Assembly (NCBI GenBank): GCA_026396195.1
Contig: JAPLXH010000001.1
Coordinates: 1 to 54,827 of the forward strand
Reading direction: 5' to 3'
Length of the DNA: 54,827 nucleotides
DNA from: Candidatus Nealsonbacteria bacterium
GTDB lineage: Bacteria; Patescibacteriota; Minisyncoccia; Minisyncoccales; JAGGXC01
Positions within the stretch are counted from its first letter, which is position 1, and each line of letters starts with the position of its first letter. This document shows, piece by piece, positions 1-6,296 of this stretch. Below the pieces are notes generated by a model. It saw only the letters and a program-made list of their open reading frames with translations, did no database searches and was not told the origin of the DNA. A program made the translations under genes and the position numbers.

Positions 1-83
1 AATATTTACCTGGAATACTGGCAAGGGGTATCCCTCTTTTTTAAGGTATTCTTGGGCTATCTTTAGCCCGCCAAGAGTTGGCT
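1..83 (-). CDS. hypothetical protein, N-terminal fragment running off the window edge
   Basis: ATG at 83-81 with GGAGG (complement of 92-96) upstream and a TTGACA box at 135-140. Reads MGYKPTLGGLKIAQEYLKKEGYPLPVFQ. Too short to classify. Confidence 0.3.
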
Positions 84-134
84 TATATCCCATTATTTCT
101 ACCTCCAACTTCTTTTTATATTAAATTATTGATT

Positions 135-161
135 TGTCAAACTAAAAACCGCCTAATCCCC
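135..161 (-). promoter_or_regulatory. degenerate copy of the cassette junction (TTGACA box plus remnant of the CGCC/GGCG hairpin)
   Basis: Minus strand reads ggattaggcggtttttagTTGACAaatcaataattt, matching the junctions at 711-767 and 1640-1690. The -10 box is poor. Confidence 0.3.
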
Positions 162-230
162 TATTTTCTAAAATAAAAAAGTGGTTTGATATTATTTATC
201 GCGCCACCATAGCATAATGCAAATATGCAC

Positions 231-659
231 CTATCCGAGCCCGAGCTGACATCCGTAGAGTTTAAACAACCTTTGTTTTTCTTCATTTTCTACTCCTGCC
301 ATACCTAGTATTTTTACTGCAGCTCCACACCATCCTTTTTTAAGATAATCCTCTCCTATTTTTCGGAGGATTTCCTTCGAAGGCATCTCTACTTTTATCT
401 CTTCGCCAATTGTTTCTGCAAAGTGCGGCGAACCATTTTCAAAATAAGGCATTATATATTTTTGTAAAAGTTCTTTTAAGCTTTCCGGTCTTCCTAAAAA
501 GTTGTAGATCTCAATAGCTGGACAAGGCGAGCGATTTTCCAAAAACATACCTGCTAACTGTTCCATTTCTCCCACGGTAAGGTTAGCGTCGGGCAACTTC
601 TCTTTGATATGTAAAAAGAGAGAACCCTCTTCAAATAATTCTTCTATCTTGCTTTTCAT
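231..659 (-). CDS. hypothetical protein (142 aa), no recognisable family
   Basis: ORF with AGAGGTG Shine-Dalgarno 7 nt upstream of the ATG. It has its own consensus promoter at 711-740. Confidence 0.6.
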   Translation of the reverse strand: MKSKIEELFEEGSLFLHIKEKLPDANLTVGEMEQLAGMFLENRSPCPAIEIYNFLGRPESLKELLQKYIMPYFENGSPHFAETIGEEIKVEMPSKEILRKIGEDYLKKGWCGAAVKILGMAGVENEEKQRLFKLYGCQLGLG

Positions 660-678
660 TTCAATTTCACCTCTTTAT

Positions 679-702
679 AAAGAAATAATTTCTTATTTCC
701 TT
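679..702 (-). promoter_or_regulatory. 5' UTR palindrome AAGAAAT-A-ATTTCTT, candidate operator
   Basis: Perfect 7+1+7 palindrome about +10 to +24 from the predicted TSS. A 23-24 nt identical copy lies at 4600-4623 in the same position relative to another promoter. Confidence 0.4.
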
Positions 703-710
703 TCACCTGT

Positions 711-740
711 ATTATAACATACTAATTTATAATTTGTCAA
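711..740 (-). promoter_or_regulatory. sigma70-type promoter TTGACA-N18-TATAAT
   Basis: Minus strand reads ttgacaaattataaattagtatgttataat. It is 29/30 identical to 2337-2366. Confidence 0.6.
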
Positions 741-743
741 ATC

Positions 744-767
744 AAAAAACCGCCTGATTGGCGATTT
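744..767 (-). terminator. junction hairpin ATCGCC-AATCA-GGCGGT followed by T6
   Basis: Minus strand reads aaatcgccaatcaggcggtttttt. The same motif recurs at 1671-1690, 2378-2400, 4166-4189 and 4662-4685, and a close relative terminates hpf at 25294-25323. Confidence 0.5.
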
Positions 768-975
768 CTTAATGGCTTGCACTGAGCGGAGTGAAACGAA
801 GGTCCTTCGATAAACTCAGGACACTTCTCCTTCGTTTCACGAAGTCGAAGTGCTGCGGGGCTTGGACGCTTGCCCGTCCGTAGTCCGAAAGACGAAGGAG
901 GGACGTTAAGCTCGCCCATAGGTCTCACCCGTAAGATTACAACCGAGGGGTTATGCCCGAAGGAACCGGCTTGGA
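768..975 (-). repeat. GC-rich composite element: palindromic REP-like units plus a 24-nt copy of the tRNA-Gln 3' end and flank
   Basis: 12-bp perfect stem gtgaaacgaagg/ccttcgtttcac (791-840). Positions 844-867 are identical to 6288-6311. Further blocks are shared with 6181-6296 and 4190-4270. Confidence 0.5.
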
Positions 976-997
976 ACTTATTTAATAAAAATATAAT

Positions 998-1021
998 AAA
1001 AAAAGGATGATTTCATCCTTT
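998..1021 (-). terminator. rho-independent terminator of the 1022-1579 gene
   Basis: Minus strand has AAAGGATGA-aa-TCATCCTTT followed by TTTTTATT. Confidence 0.6.
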
Positions 1022-1579
1022 TTAGTTTTTATTAAGATTTTTAATAATTTTTTCAACTAATTCATTAAGCATAGGAGCTACTTCCCTTTTAAACTCCTCT
1101 CCTTTAGCGTCATATCCAATACTGTAGCTTAGTCCATGTAATTTTTCGGGATCAAAAAATTTTAGAGGATTATAGACACATCCGGCAAAATTATAAGTTT
1201 TAATTATTGCTATGTCTATATTTCTGTATGTTTTGCCAAAGTACAACTCTGAAAAATCGTCAGTTTTTTCCTCCCCTAAAATAAACAATGGACCAACAAA
1301 TCTCTCTATTTCCGTTACGACAGGCTTGCCAAAAAGCTTTCTCTTTGATTTTTTGATTTTAGCTTTCTTGCTTATCTGAATCTTATATGATTTAATCTTT
1401 TCTTTGATTAACTCTTCTTTTTCGTATTCGTATTGTTTCTCTATGTCTTCTCCAAGAATACCTATGTTTGGTCCCATTTCTTCAACTGCTTTTTTAATTG
1501 CGTAATAAAGCTTTTCTCCTTCTGCCTTCTTTCCAAGATCTATTCTTAAAATCATGCTTCCTACACAGACTATCACCAT
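1022..1579 (-). CDS. hypothetical protein (about 185 aa), Lys/Glu-rich middle
   Basis: ORF 1022-1615 trimmed to the internal ATG at 1579 (MVIVCVG...), which has AGGAGG 7 nt upstream. No recognisable motif. Confidence 0.6.
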   Translation of the reverse strand: MVIVCVGSMILRIDLGKKAEGEKLYYAIKKAVEEMGPNIGILGEDIEKQYEYEKEELIKEKIKSYKIQISKKAKIKKSKRKLFGKPVVTEIERFVGPLFILGEEKTDDFSELYFGKTYRNIDIAIIKTYNFAGCVYNPLKFFDPEKLHGLSYSIGYDAKGEEFKREVAPMLNELVEKIIKNLNKN

Positions 1580-1639
1580 TTTTTTTACCTCCTTTTTAAT
1601 TTTAAAAAAGATCAAGTTTCCTTAATCTAAACTGGCTAT

Positions 1640-1690
1640 ATTATAATTTAATTTTAAATTTTGTCAAACTAAAAAACCGCCTGATTACAG
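1640..1690 (-). promoter_or_regulatory. cassette junction: TTGACA-N16-TATAAT promoter plus degenerate hairpin and T6
   Basis: The -35 is at 1662-1667 and the -10 at 1640-1645 (complement). Upstream lies ctgtaatcaggcggtttttt. Confidence 0.55.
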
Positions 1691-1771
1691 ACAGTCCCTG
1701 TATTAATTTTCTTTTTCCAGTTCACAAGTGATTACGAACTAGAAAAAAAAAGAGGGAGAGAAAAAGTAAGC

Positions 1772-2233
1772 TTACTCTAAAAGTTCCTTTATGGTGTTGA
1801 AAAAGTCTGACGGGGAAACTATTATCAAACCGTCGGGGAGATGTTCACCGATAGGCTCAAAATATAAAAACACTCCACTCTCTGGTTCTTCCGTGCGCCA
1901 CTGAATAGCTATTGATTTGCCATCTTCTTTGTATTCTAGCTCATCTGTATTCGCATAATCATGATATATTATTTCTGCCTTCTTTTTGTTTATAAAATTA
2001 CAAAGGCTGTATAATTCTTGGGCTACCTCTGGATGTTTACAAAGGAAGATCATTTCGTTTTGAAGCGTAGATTTAAAATCCTTTGATAACCATTTTTTCC
2101 AAATTAAGATGATGGGTACTGTTCTTTGCTCCGAATCATTTCTAGAAAAATGGGCTGTGAAGAGAATTGTTCCTTCTTTTTTTTCAACTTCTAACGCAAT
2201 TGCGCTGTTTAATGCTTTTATCAATTTTCCCAT
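1772..2233 (-). CDS. hypothetical protein (153 aa)
   Basis: ORF with a GAGGT Shine-Dalgarno. It has a long structured 5' UTR behind the promoter at 2337-2366. Confidence 0.6.
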   Translation of the reverse strand: MGKLIKALNSAIALEVEKKEGTILFTAHFSRNDSEQRTVPIILIWKKWLSKDFKSTLQNEMIFLCKHPEVAQELYSLCNFINKKKAEIIYHDYANTDELEYKEDGKSIAIQWRTEEPESGVFLYFEPIGEHLPDGLIIVSPSDFFNTIKELLE

Positions 2234-2239
2234 ATTTTA

Positions 2240-2284
2240 TCTACCTCAGAGAAAAAACTATCTGAATTTCCTCTCCGAGGTAGA
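2240..2284 (-). promoter_or_regulatory. 5' UTR hairpin that sequesters the Shine-Dalgarno of the 1772-2233 gene
   Basis: TCTACCTC-G-GAGA...TCTC-T-GAGGTAGA forms a stem of about 12 bp. The 3' arm contains GAGGT (2243-2247), 9 nt before the ATG. Confidence 0.4.
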
Positions 2285-2336
2285 CAAATTTTTTCCCTCT
2301 ATTTTTTCTCAAAGAACTATATTATTCTGTATTTAT

Positions 2337-2400
2337 ATTATACCATACTAATTTATAATTTGTCAATTGTAAACATAATAACCGCCCTGTTGGCGATTTT
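2337..2400 (-). promoter_or_regulatory. cassette junction: TTGACA-N18-TATAAT promoter plus CGCC-AACA-GGGCGG hairpin
   Basis: ttgacaaattataaattagtatggtataat is 29/30 identical to 711-740. The hairpin remnant at 2378-2400 lacks a T-run. Confidence 0.6.
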
Positions 2401-2426
2401 AACTATAACTCACCGACGCGTCTCAA

Positions 2427-3077
2427 TCAGGTCATTTTATTCTTTAATTTTAAAGCTACCATAGTTTTTGCTTCGTCATTAGGATATGCCCAGGCATTCT
2501 CAAAAAAAGAAAATTTTACTAAACGATGCGGAGAAGTAGGAAAACTTGGATCGTGAATAAAAAAATATTCATCATCAAAACCCTTTAAAACAACGAAATG
2601 ACCAGAATAGCCTGGTTCATTATTTAATTTACGAGAATTAACTATACAGATAATCAAATATCCCTGCGAAAGAAAATTTTTTAAATCGTTCATTGTTGGA
2701 ATTCTCTTTTCAATTGGAATTTTTTTTATAAAATCTTTGGCTATTTTTCTTTCTTGTTCAATATCGCTGTGCTCAATTTGAGACTCTCCCACTTCTTCAC
2801 CATACTTATCAATCAAATATTTTCCGCCAAATTTGATAAATTTCTCGTAATCAAAAACCTCTACGTCCCTTACTTCAATGCCATGATCTTGAAGCCAGAT
2901 TAATCCTGCCATTGTCCAGGTCCACAATCCCTTAACCTTTGCCGTTATTCTGTCTAATTCTTCCCAGAAAAAATCTTTATCCGGCCAAAAGTATTTCATG
3001 ACCATTTTTAGAGACGCCTGATAACAGTGGGTATCGTCTGGATTTTTATAAAATGGTACTTCTTTATCTATCTTCAT
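2427..3077 (-). CDS. papain-fold cysteine peptidase, C39-like (Peptidase_C39_2-like)
   Basis: N-terminal DDTHCYQASLKMV (candidate catalytic Cys) and distal GYSGHFVVLKGFDD (candidate His) are in the order typical of C39-like domains. Confidence 0.5.
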   Translation of the reverse strand: MKIDKEVPFYKNPDDTHCYQASLKMVMKYFWPDKDFFWEELDRITAKVKGLWTWTMAGLIWLQDHGIEVRDVEVFDYEKFIKFGGKYLIDKYGEEVGESQIEHSDIEQERKIAKDFIKKIPIEKRIPTMNDLKNFLSQGYLIICIVNSRKLNNEPGYSGHFVVLKGFDDEYFFIHDPSFPTSPHRLVKFSFFENAWAYPNDEAKTMVALKLKNKMT

Positions 3078-3087
3078 GTATTTTTAG

Positions 3088-3143
3088 AGATTTTTTGGCT
3101 TCCCCGCCGACGCGCTTACCCTGAGTTTACCGAAGGGTCTCGG
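3088..3143. repeat. GC-rich palindromic (REP-like) element
   Basis: ggcttccccgccgac...gtctcggtcgggg forms a stem of about 9 bp with one bulge. It shares tttttggctYcccc and gtctcggtcRggg with 4740-4785. Confidence 0.4.
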
Positions 3144-3157
3144 TCGGGGTCTTGTTC

Positions 3158-3604
3158 CTATCTTTTTATATAAAATTTTTTCTTTAAATAATTTTCAATA
3201 ACTTCAAAACTTGGAAAATAACGCGGAAATGGTAAATCGTTTAAGTCAAACCACCGCCATTCTGTCATTTCATCCGGCTCCATAACTTTCGCTTCGCCTT
3301 CCCACTTATTAACTAAAAAACCGACCGTCATAAAATGAGCGTGTTCGTTTTTGCAATTATGAACGGAAATAACTTCGGGATTGCTTATTATAATTCCTGT
3401 TTCTTCTTTGACTTCGCGCGCAGCAGCTTCTTCAAGCGTTTCTCCCCAGTCAAGCTTGCCTCCTGGCAAAGACCATTCTCCCGCGCTGCGAAAAGCCGAA
3501 TCAGCTTTATCAGGGTCGGGATGACGCTTGCCAAGAAGAATTTTTCCGTTGCGCTCAAGTATTACCCCAAATCCCGCGCCAACTTTCTTTTTTTCTTCTG
3601 ACAT
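3158..3604 (-). CDS. NUDIX hydrolase
   Basis: Nudix box GGKLDWGETLEEAAAREVKEETGI (GX5EX7REUXEEXGU). Confidence 0.85.
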   Translation of the reverse strand: MSEEKKKVGAGFGVILERNGKILLGKRHPDPDKADSAFRSAGEWSLPGGKLDWGETLEEAAAREVKEETGIIISNPEVISVHNCKNEHAHFMTVGFLVNKWEGEAKVMEPDEMTEWRWFDLNDLPFPRYFPSFEVIENYLKKKFYIKR

Positions 3605-3609
3605 ATTTT

Positions 3610-4149
3610 TTAACTTAATTGTATTTTGTTTAAAATAAAATTTATTCTCTCTTTAATAGGTATTACTGGAACTCGTATTACATTATAGCCTAAATTTGAA
3701 TATGCCTTATAATGCATCTGACCTATGCGTTCCGCCATCTTTTCATCTTCTATCCTGGCATAATCTTTTTTAAATAATATCGGTTCTAAGAAAAAAATTT
3801 TCTTGTACTTTCTTTTTTTAGCCTCTGCAATAATCGGAGCAGGGTCTAATCCGACAATCTGGTAATGAGCAATACTGCAAGCAACCGCTCCGTCGATAAA
3901 AATATCCTTTTCGGGCGACAATTTATTTTCGTTCTCAATTTTTATTTGAAAAATATTTTTCTGAAATTCAACATCATTGGCCCTAATTTCTTCTATTGTT
4001 TTTCCTTTATCTACTTCGGCGTTTATTATGCTCCTGGCAACCTCAGGAACTGTTTTATGGCCCAGAAAAGACAAATAATCAATCACGGTTGTCTTACCTG
4101 AGCAAGGCCCTCCGGTAATCACGTACCAATTAGTATTAACAACTTTCAT
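3610..4149 (-). CDS. P-loop ATPase/kinase of the AAA_28 type (NadR C-terminal ribosylnicotinamide-kinase-like)
   Basis: Walker A ITGGPCSGKTT at the N terminus. The size of about 180 aa and the downstream EVAR...FQ...FIDG pattern are typical of AAA_28. It lies 5 nt upstream of the NUDIX gene. Confidence 0.65.
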   Translation of the reverse strand: MKVVNTNWYVITGGPCSGKTTVIDYLSFLGHKTVPEVARSIINAEVDKGKTIEEIRANDVEFQKNIFQIKIENENKLSPEKDIFIDGAVACSIAHYQIVGLDPAPIIAEAKKRKYKKIFFLEPILFKKDYARIEDEKMAERIGQMHYKAYSNLGYNVIRVPVIPIKERINFILNKIQLS

Positions 4150-4165
4150 ATATCATTATTTTACC

Positions 4166-4189
4166 AAAAAACCGCCTGATTGGCGATTT
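4166..4189 (-). terminator. junction hairpin CGCC-AATCA-GGCG plus T6
   Basis: aaatcgccaatcaggcggtttttt is identical to 744-767. No TTGACA box follows here, and the ATPase ATG is only about 20 nt downstream. Confidence 0.45.
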
Positions 4190-4270
4190 CCAATGTGTCT
4201 CAGTCACCTGACTTAGCGTGTGATGGCTACGGAGCTTGGACGACGTTAGAACCTGTTTGGTGGAAGTTTA
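4190..4270 (-). repeat. shortened homologue of the 768-975 element, with a degenerate tRNA-Gln 3'-like block
   Basis: Minus strand aacgtcgtccaagctccgtagc compares with aacgtcc...gcgtccaagccccgcagc in 768-975. Both end in catt..gaaatcgcc. Confidence 0.35.
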
Positions 4271-4309
4271 AATAAAAAATAAAGGAAGGATTGTATTATT
4301 TTCCTTCCT
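4270..4309 (-). terminator. rho-independent terminator of the 4326-4556 gene
   Basis: AGGAAGGA-11 nt-TCCTTCCT followed by TTATTTTTTATTT on the minus strand. Confidence 0.6.
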
Positions 4310-4325
4310 AAGATAGTTTTTGTTT

Positions 4326-4556
4326 TTACTGTTTTGGAATATTTCCTGGGTTCGGGAATTGCATTCTTGTGACGATTTCAAATGCTTGTTTCTCGGTAAA
4401 GCCTTCCGATTTTAACGAATCAAAATATCTTTTTGTGAATTTTGCCATTTCTTTAGGAAGGCCTTTGTCGGAGATTATCTTTTTCAGCATCTTCATTACA
4501 ATGTTCGTTGTCCCATCCATTATTTCTTCCATTTCTTTCAATTCTTCTTTATCCAT
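4326..4556 (-). CDS. hypothetical small protein (76 aa), acidic N terminus
   Basis: ORF 4326-4583 trimmed to the ATG at 4556 (MDKEELKEME...), which has AGAGGTG 6 nt upstream. The RBS and UTR match those of the 231-659 gene. Confidence 0.55.
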   Translation of the reverse strand: MDKEELKEMEEIMDGTTNIVMKMLKKIISDKGLPKEMAKFTKRYFDSLKSEGFTEKQAFEIVTRMQFPNPGNIPKQ

Positions 4557-4599
4557 TATTTCACCTCTAAAATAATTTTCCAAGATTACCTGGAAAACA

Positions 4600-4623
4600 A
4601 AAGAAATAATTTCTTATTTCCTT
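4600..4623 (-). promoter_or_regulatory. second copy of the AAGAAAT-A-ATTTCTT UTR palindrome
   Basis: Identical over 23-24 nt to 679-702, at the same distance from its promoter. Confidence 0.4.
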
Positions 4624-4631
4624 GTATTAAT

Positions 4632-4685
4632 ATTATATAATTATAATAATAATTTGTCAATAAAAATAGCCTGCTTAACGATTTT
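4632..4685 (-). promoter_or_regulatory. cassette junction: TTGACA-N17-TATAAT promoter plus diverged hairpin
   Basis: The -35 is at 4655-4660 and the -10 at 4632-4637 (complement). Upstream lies aaatcgttaagcaggctattttt. Confidence 0.6.
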
Positions 4686-4690
4686 ATTTG

Positions 4691-4785
4691 CTGTGTGCCC
4701 CGGTCAAGAACCAAGTCTTTAAGAGGAAATTCGGGCTATTTTTGGCTCCCCCGTTGACCCGTCTCGGTCAGGGTGTTTTGAAGCT
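4691..4785. repeat. GC-rich palindromic (REP-like) element
   Basis: Contains tttttggctcccccgttgacccgtctcggtcagggtg, related to 3088-3143, with a TGACC/GGTCA stem. Confidence 0.4.
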
Positions 4786-4800
4786 AAAATGAGACAAATG

Positions 4801-4819
4801 AGACACCAGATAGGTGTCT
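4801..4819 (-). terminator. hairpin terminator after the DUF4238 gene
   Basis: GACACC-tatc-tGGTGTC directly after the stop codon, followed by a T-rich tract. Confidence 0.45.
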
Positions 4820-4821
4820 TA

Positions 4822-5829
4822 TTATCCTACTTTCATTTCAAATGGGTATGGTATAGATTCTTCAATAAATTTATCAAGAAACTTATTCCTGTCCGGAGAA
4901 AAAATAAAACTTTTGGAATTATGGGCAATATTATAATTAACCGTTCTCGCTAAAAATCCCTGTGAAATCTTTACATAGTCTAAATCCCTTTTTTCTCTCC
5001 TTGTCATCAAAATACAAATCTCTTTCGATAATGGAAAATACAGTTCCGTATAGGGACCGCCTAAGCTTTTTTCCCTAAATAAAAAGTTAACTTTTTCTGG
5101 CGGCACAAAATAAACTGCGGGATTATCACTCGTAATGAATAAAAATTCCGTCTCGTTCTTAAGAATATGAATATTCATGTCAGAGATAAGTTGAGCCATC
5201 ATCCCCATCTTTTCAAACATTCTTTTAATCAACGTATTCCCGCCAATCTTAATTTTGAGTTTTCCTTCCTTGGCTTGTTTTAAATAATTATTAATGATTT
5301 TTAAAATTTCTTGCTCAGAAAGGTTGGGCTCTCGTTTGGCAAATTCTTTCTTTAAAGATTCGATACGTTCTTCTTCTCTAACACGAAATTTTTGGAACAT
5401 CTGAAAATCAGCGGTATACATTTCCTCTATCTCATCTTTGCTATGTAGGGTTCTGCCCATCATTGATGCTGTAAGATTGATAATATATGATCTGTGTTTT
5501 TTTATCACTTCCGAAAATGGAATGTGATTTATGTCGTTAATAAGGTTATTATAGTAACTCTCAATTTCATCGTTAAAAAAATCTTCAAAAATGTTTCGAT
5601 TTGGCAAATTTCCTTTGGGAATATATAAGTTATTTTTAACGGCGATGTTATTTAAACCATCACTCCCCACCACGGTGATTAATCTATCTTCTTTAGTAAA
5701 CCCCTTTTTAAAAAACTGCTTTCCTTTTTTATAAACATAAAGAGTACTATCGTCATTCAAAAATTTCTCTAGGTGTACCTTGGGAATGAAATGATTGCGC
5801 CTTTTTATTTCTTCAGTCATATATTCCAC
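4822..5829 (-). CDS. DUF4238-like protein
   Basis: N-terminal NHFIPKVHLEKF resembles the HY(V/I)PxFYLxxF signature I associate with DUF4238. Size 335 aa. Confidence 0.55.
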   Translation of the reverse strand: MEYMTEEIKRRNHFIPKVHLEKFLNDDSTLYVYKKGKQFFKKGFTKEDRLITVVGSDGLNNIAVKNNLYIPKGNLPNRNIFEDFFNDEIESYYNNLINDINHIPFSEVIKKHRSYIINLTASMMGRTLHSKDEIEEMYTADFQMFQKFRVREEERIESLKKEFAKREPNLSEQEILKIINNYLKQAKEGKLKIKIGGNTLIKRMFEKMGMMAQLISDMNIHILKNETEFLFITSDNPAVYFVPPEKVNFLFREKSLGGPYTELYFPLSKEICILMTRREKRDLDYVKISQGFLARTVNYNIAHNSKSFIFSPDRNKFLDKFIEESIPYPFEMKVG

Positions 5830-5880
5830 TAATTCTTTTTTGATTTATATCTTTGAGGATTTACTCTTCTATCAATAAAC

Positions 5881-5934
5881 GCGTCTCGGTCTCTCGATGG
5901 TTCGGGTTAGCTCACCACAAGTACCGAGCGCTAG
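5881..5934. repeat. GC-rich palindromic element (ctcaccacaagt type)
   Basis: gcgtctcggtctctcgatggttcgggttagctcaccacaagtaccgagcgc, with a ctcggt/accgag stem. It is related to 6368-6394. Confidence 0.4.
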
Positions 5935-6174
5935 TTACTTATTTATTAACGCTAATTTTTTCTTTCGGCGCCAACCTTTGATTTGTCTTTCTCTCCTTAG
6001 CGCTTTTTTTTGTGTTGAGTATGATTCTTTGTAAATAATCTTCACTGCATTGTGACTGCTAGTGTAATGTCCTCCTTTTTTATTCTTGTGTTCTAAAAAT
6101 CTTCTTTCAATATCGTTAGTAACGCCAGTATAAATACTATTATCGTCGCAAAGAAGAAAATAAAGATAATACAT
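5935..6174 (-). CDS. GIY-YIG nuclease superfamily protein (UPF0213/YhbQ-like)
   Basis: MYYLYFLLCDDNSIYTGVTNDIERRFLEHK contains the GIY...YTG motif, with a downstream R..E. ORF trimmed from 6219 to the ATG at 6174, because the extension only reads through a GC-rich repeat. Confidence 0.8.
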   Translation of the reverse strand: MYYLYFLLCDDNSIYTGVTNDIERRFLEHKNKKGGHYTSSHNAVKIIYKESYSTQKKALRRERQIKGWRRKKKLALINK

Positions 6175-6180
6175 AGGTTT

Positions 6181-6296
6181 GGTCCTTCGGCTGCGCTCAG
6201 GACACTTCGCCTCGTTCACTTAACCACATTAAACAAGTAAGTCGAAGGGCCTGCACTGAGCGAGTCCTGAATATAAATGAAGGACGAGTCGAAGTG
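6181..6296. repeat. GC-rich REP-like block immediately 3' of tRNA-Gln
   Basis: ggtccttcggctgcgctcaggacac and gcactgagcg units are shared with 779-824. Confidence 0.45.

Noticed and set aside
737-928. 63-aa minus-strand ORF (MRPMGELNVPPSSFGLRTGKRPSPAALRL...)
   Set aside because: It lies wholly inside the GC-rich palindromic element and reads through hairpin arms and the tRNA-like fragment. It has no RBS, and its composition is unlike that of neighbouring genes. It is an artefact of translating a repeat.
768-975. tRNA pseudogene, tmRNA or other known RNA in the GC-rich block
   Set aside because: Only ~14 nt match the tRNA-Gln 3' end. There is no D or anticodon arm, no tmRNA-like 5' acceptor partner, and no promoter. 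It is better explained as repeat modules plus an att-like fragment.
135-4685. CRISPR array or integron formed by the recurring junction motif
   Set aside because: Spacings are kilobase-scale and irregular, and the intervals contain full genes, so this is not a CRISPR array. No cas genes are present. There are no attC-type imperfect inverted repeats and no intI, and the cassettes carry their own promoters, so it is not a classical integron.
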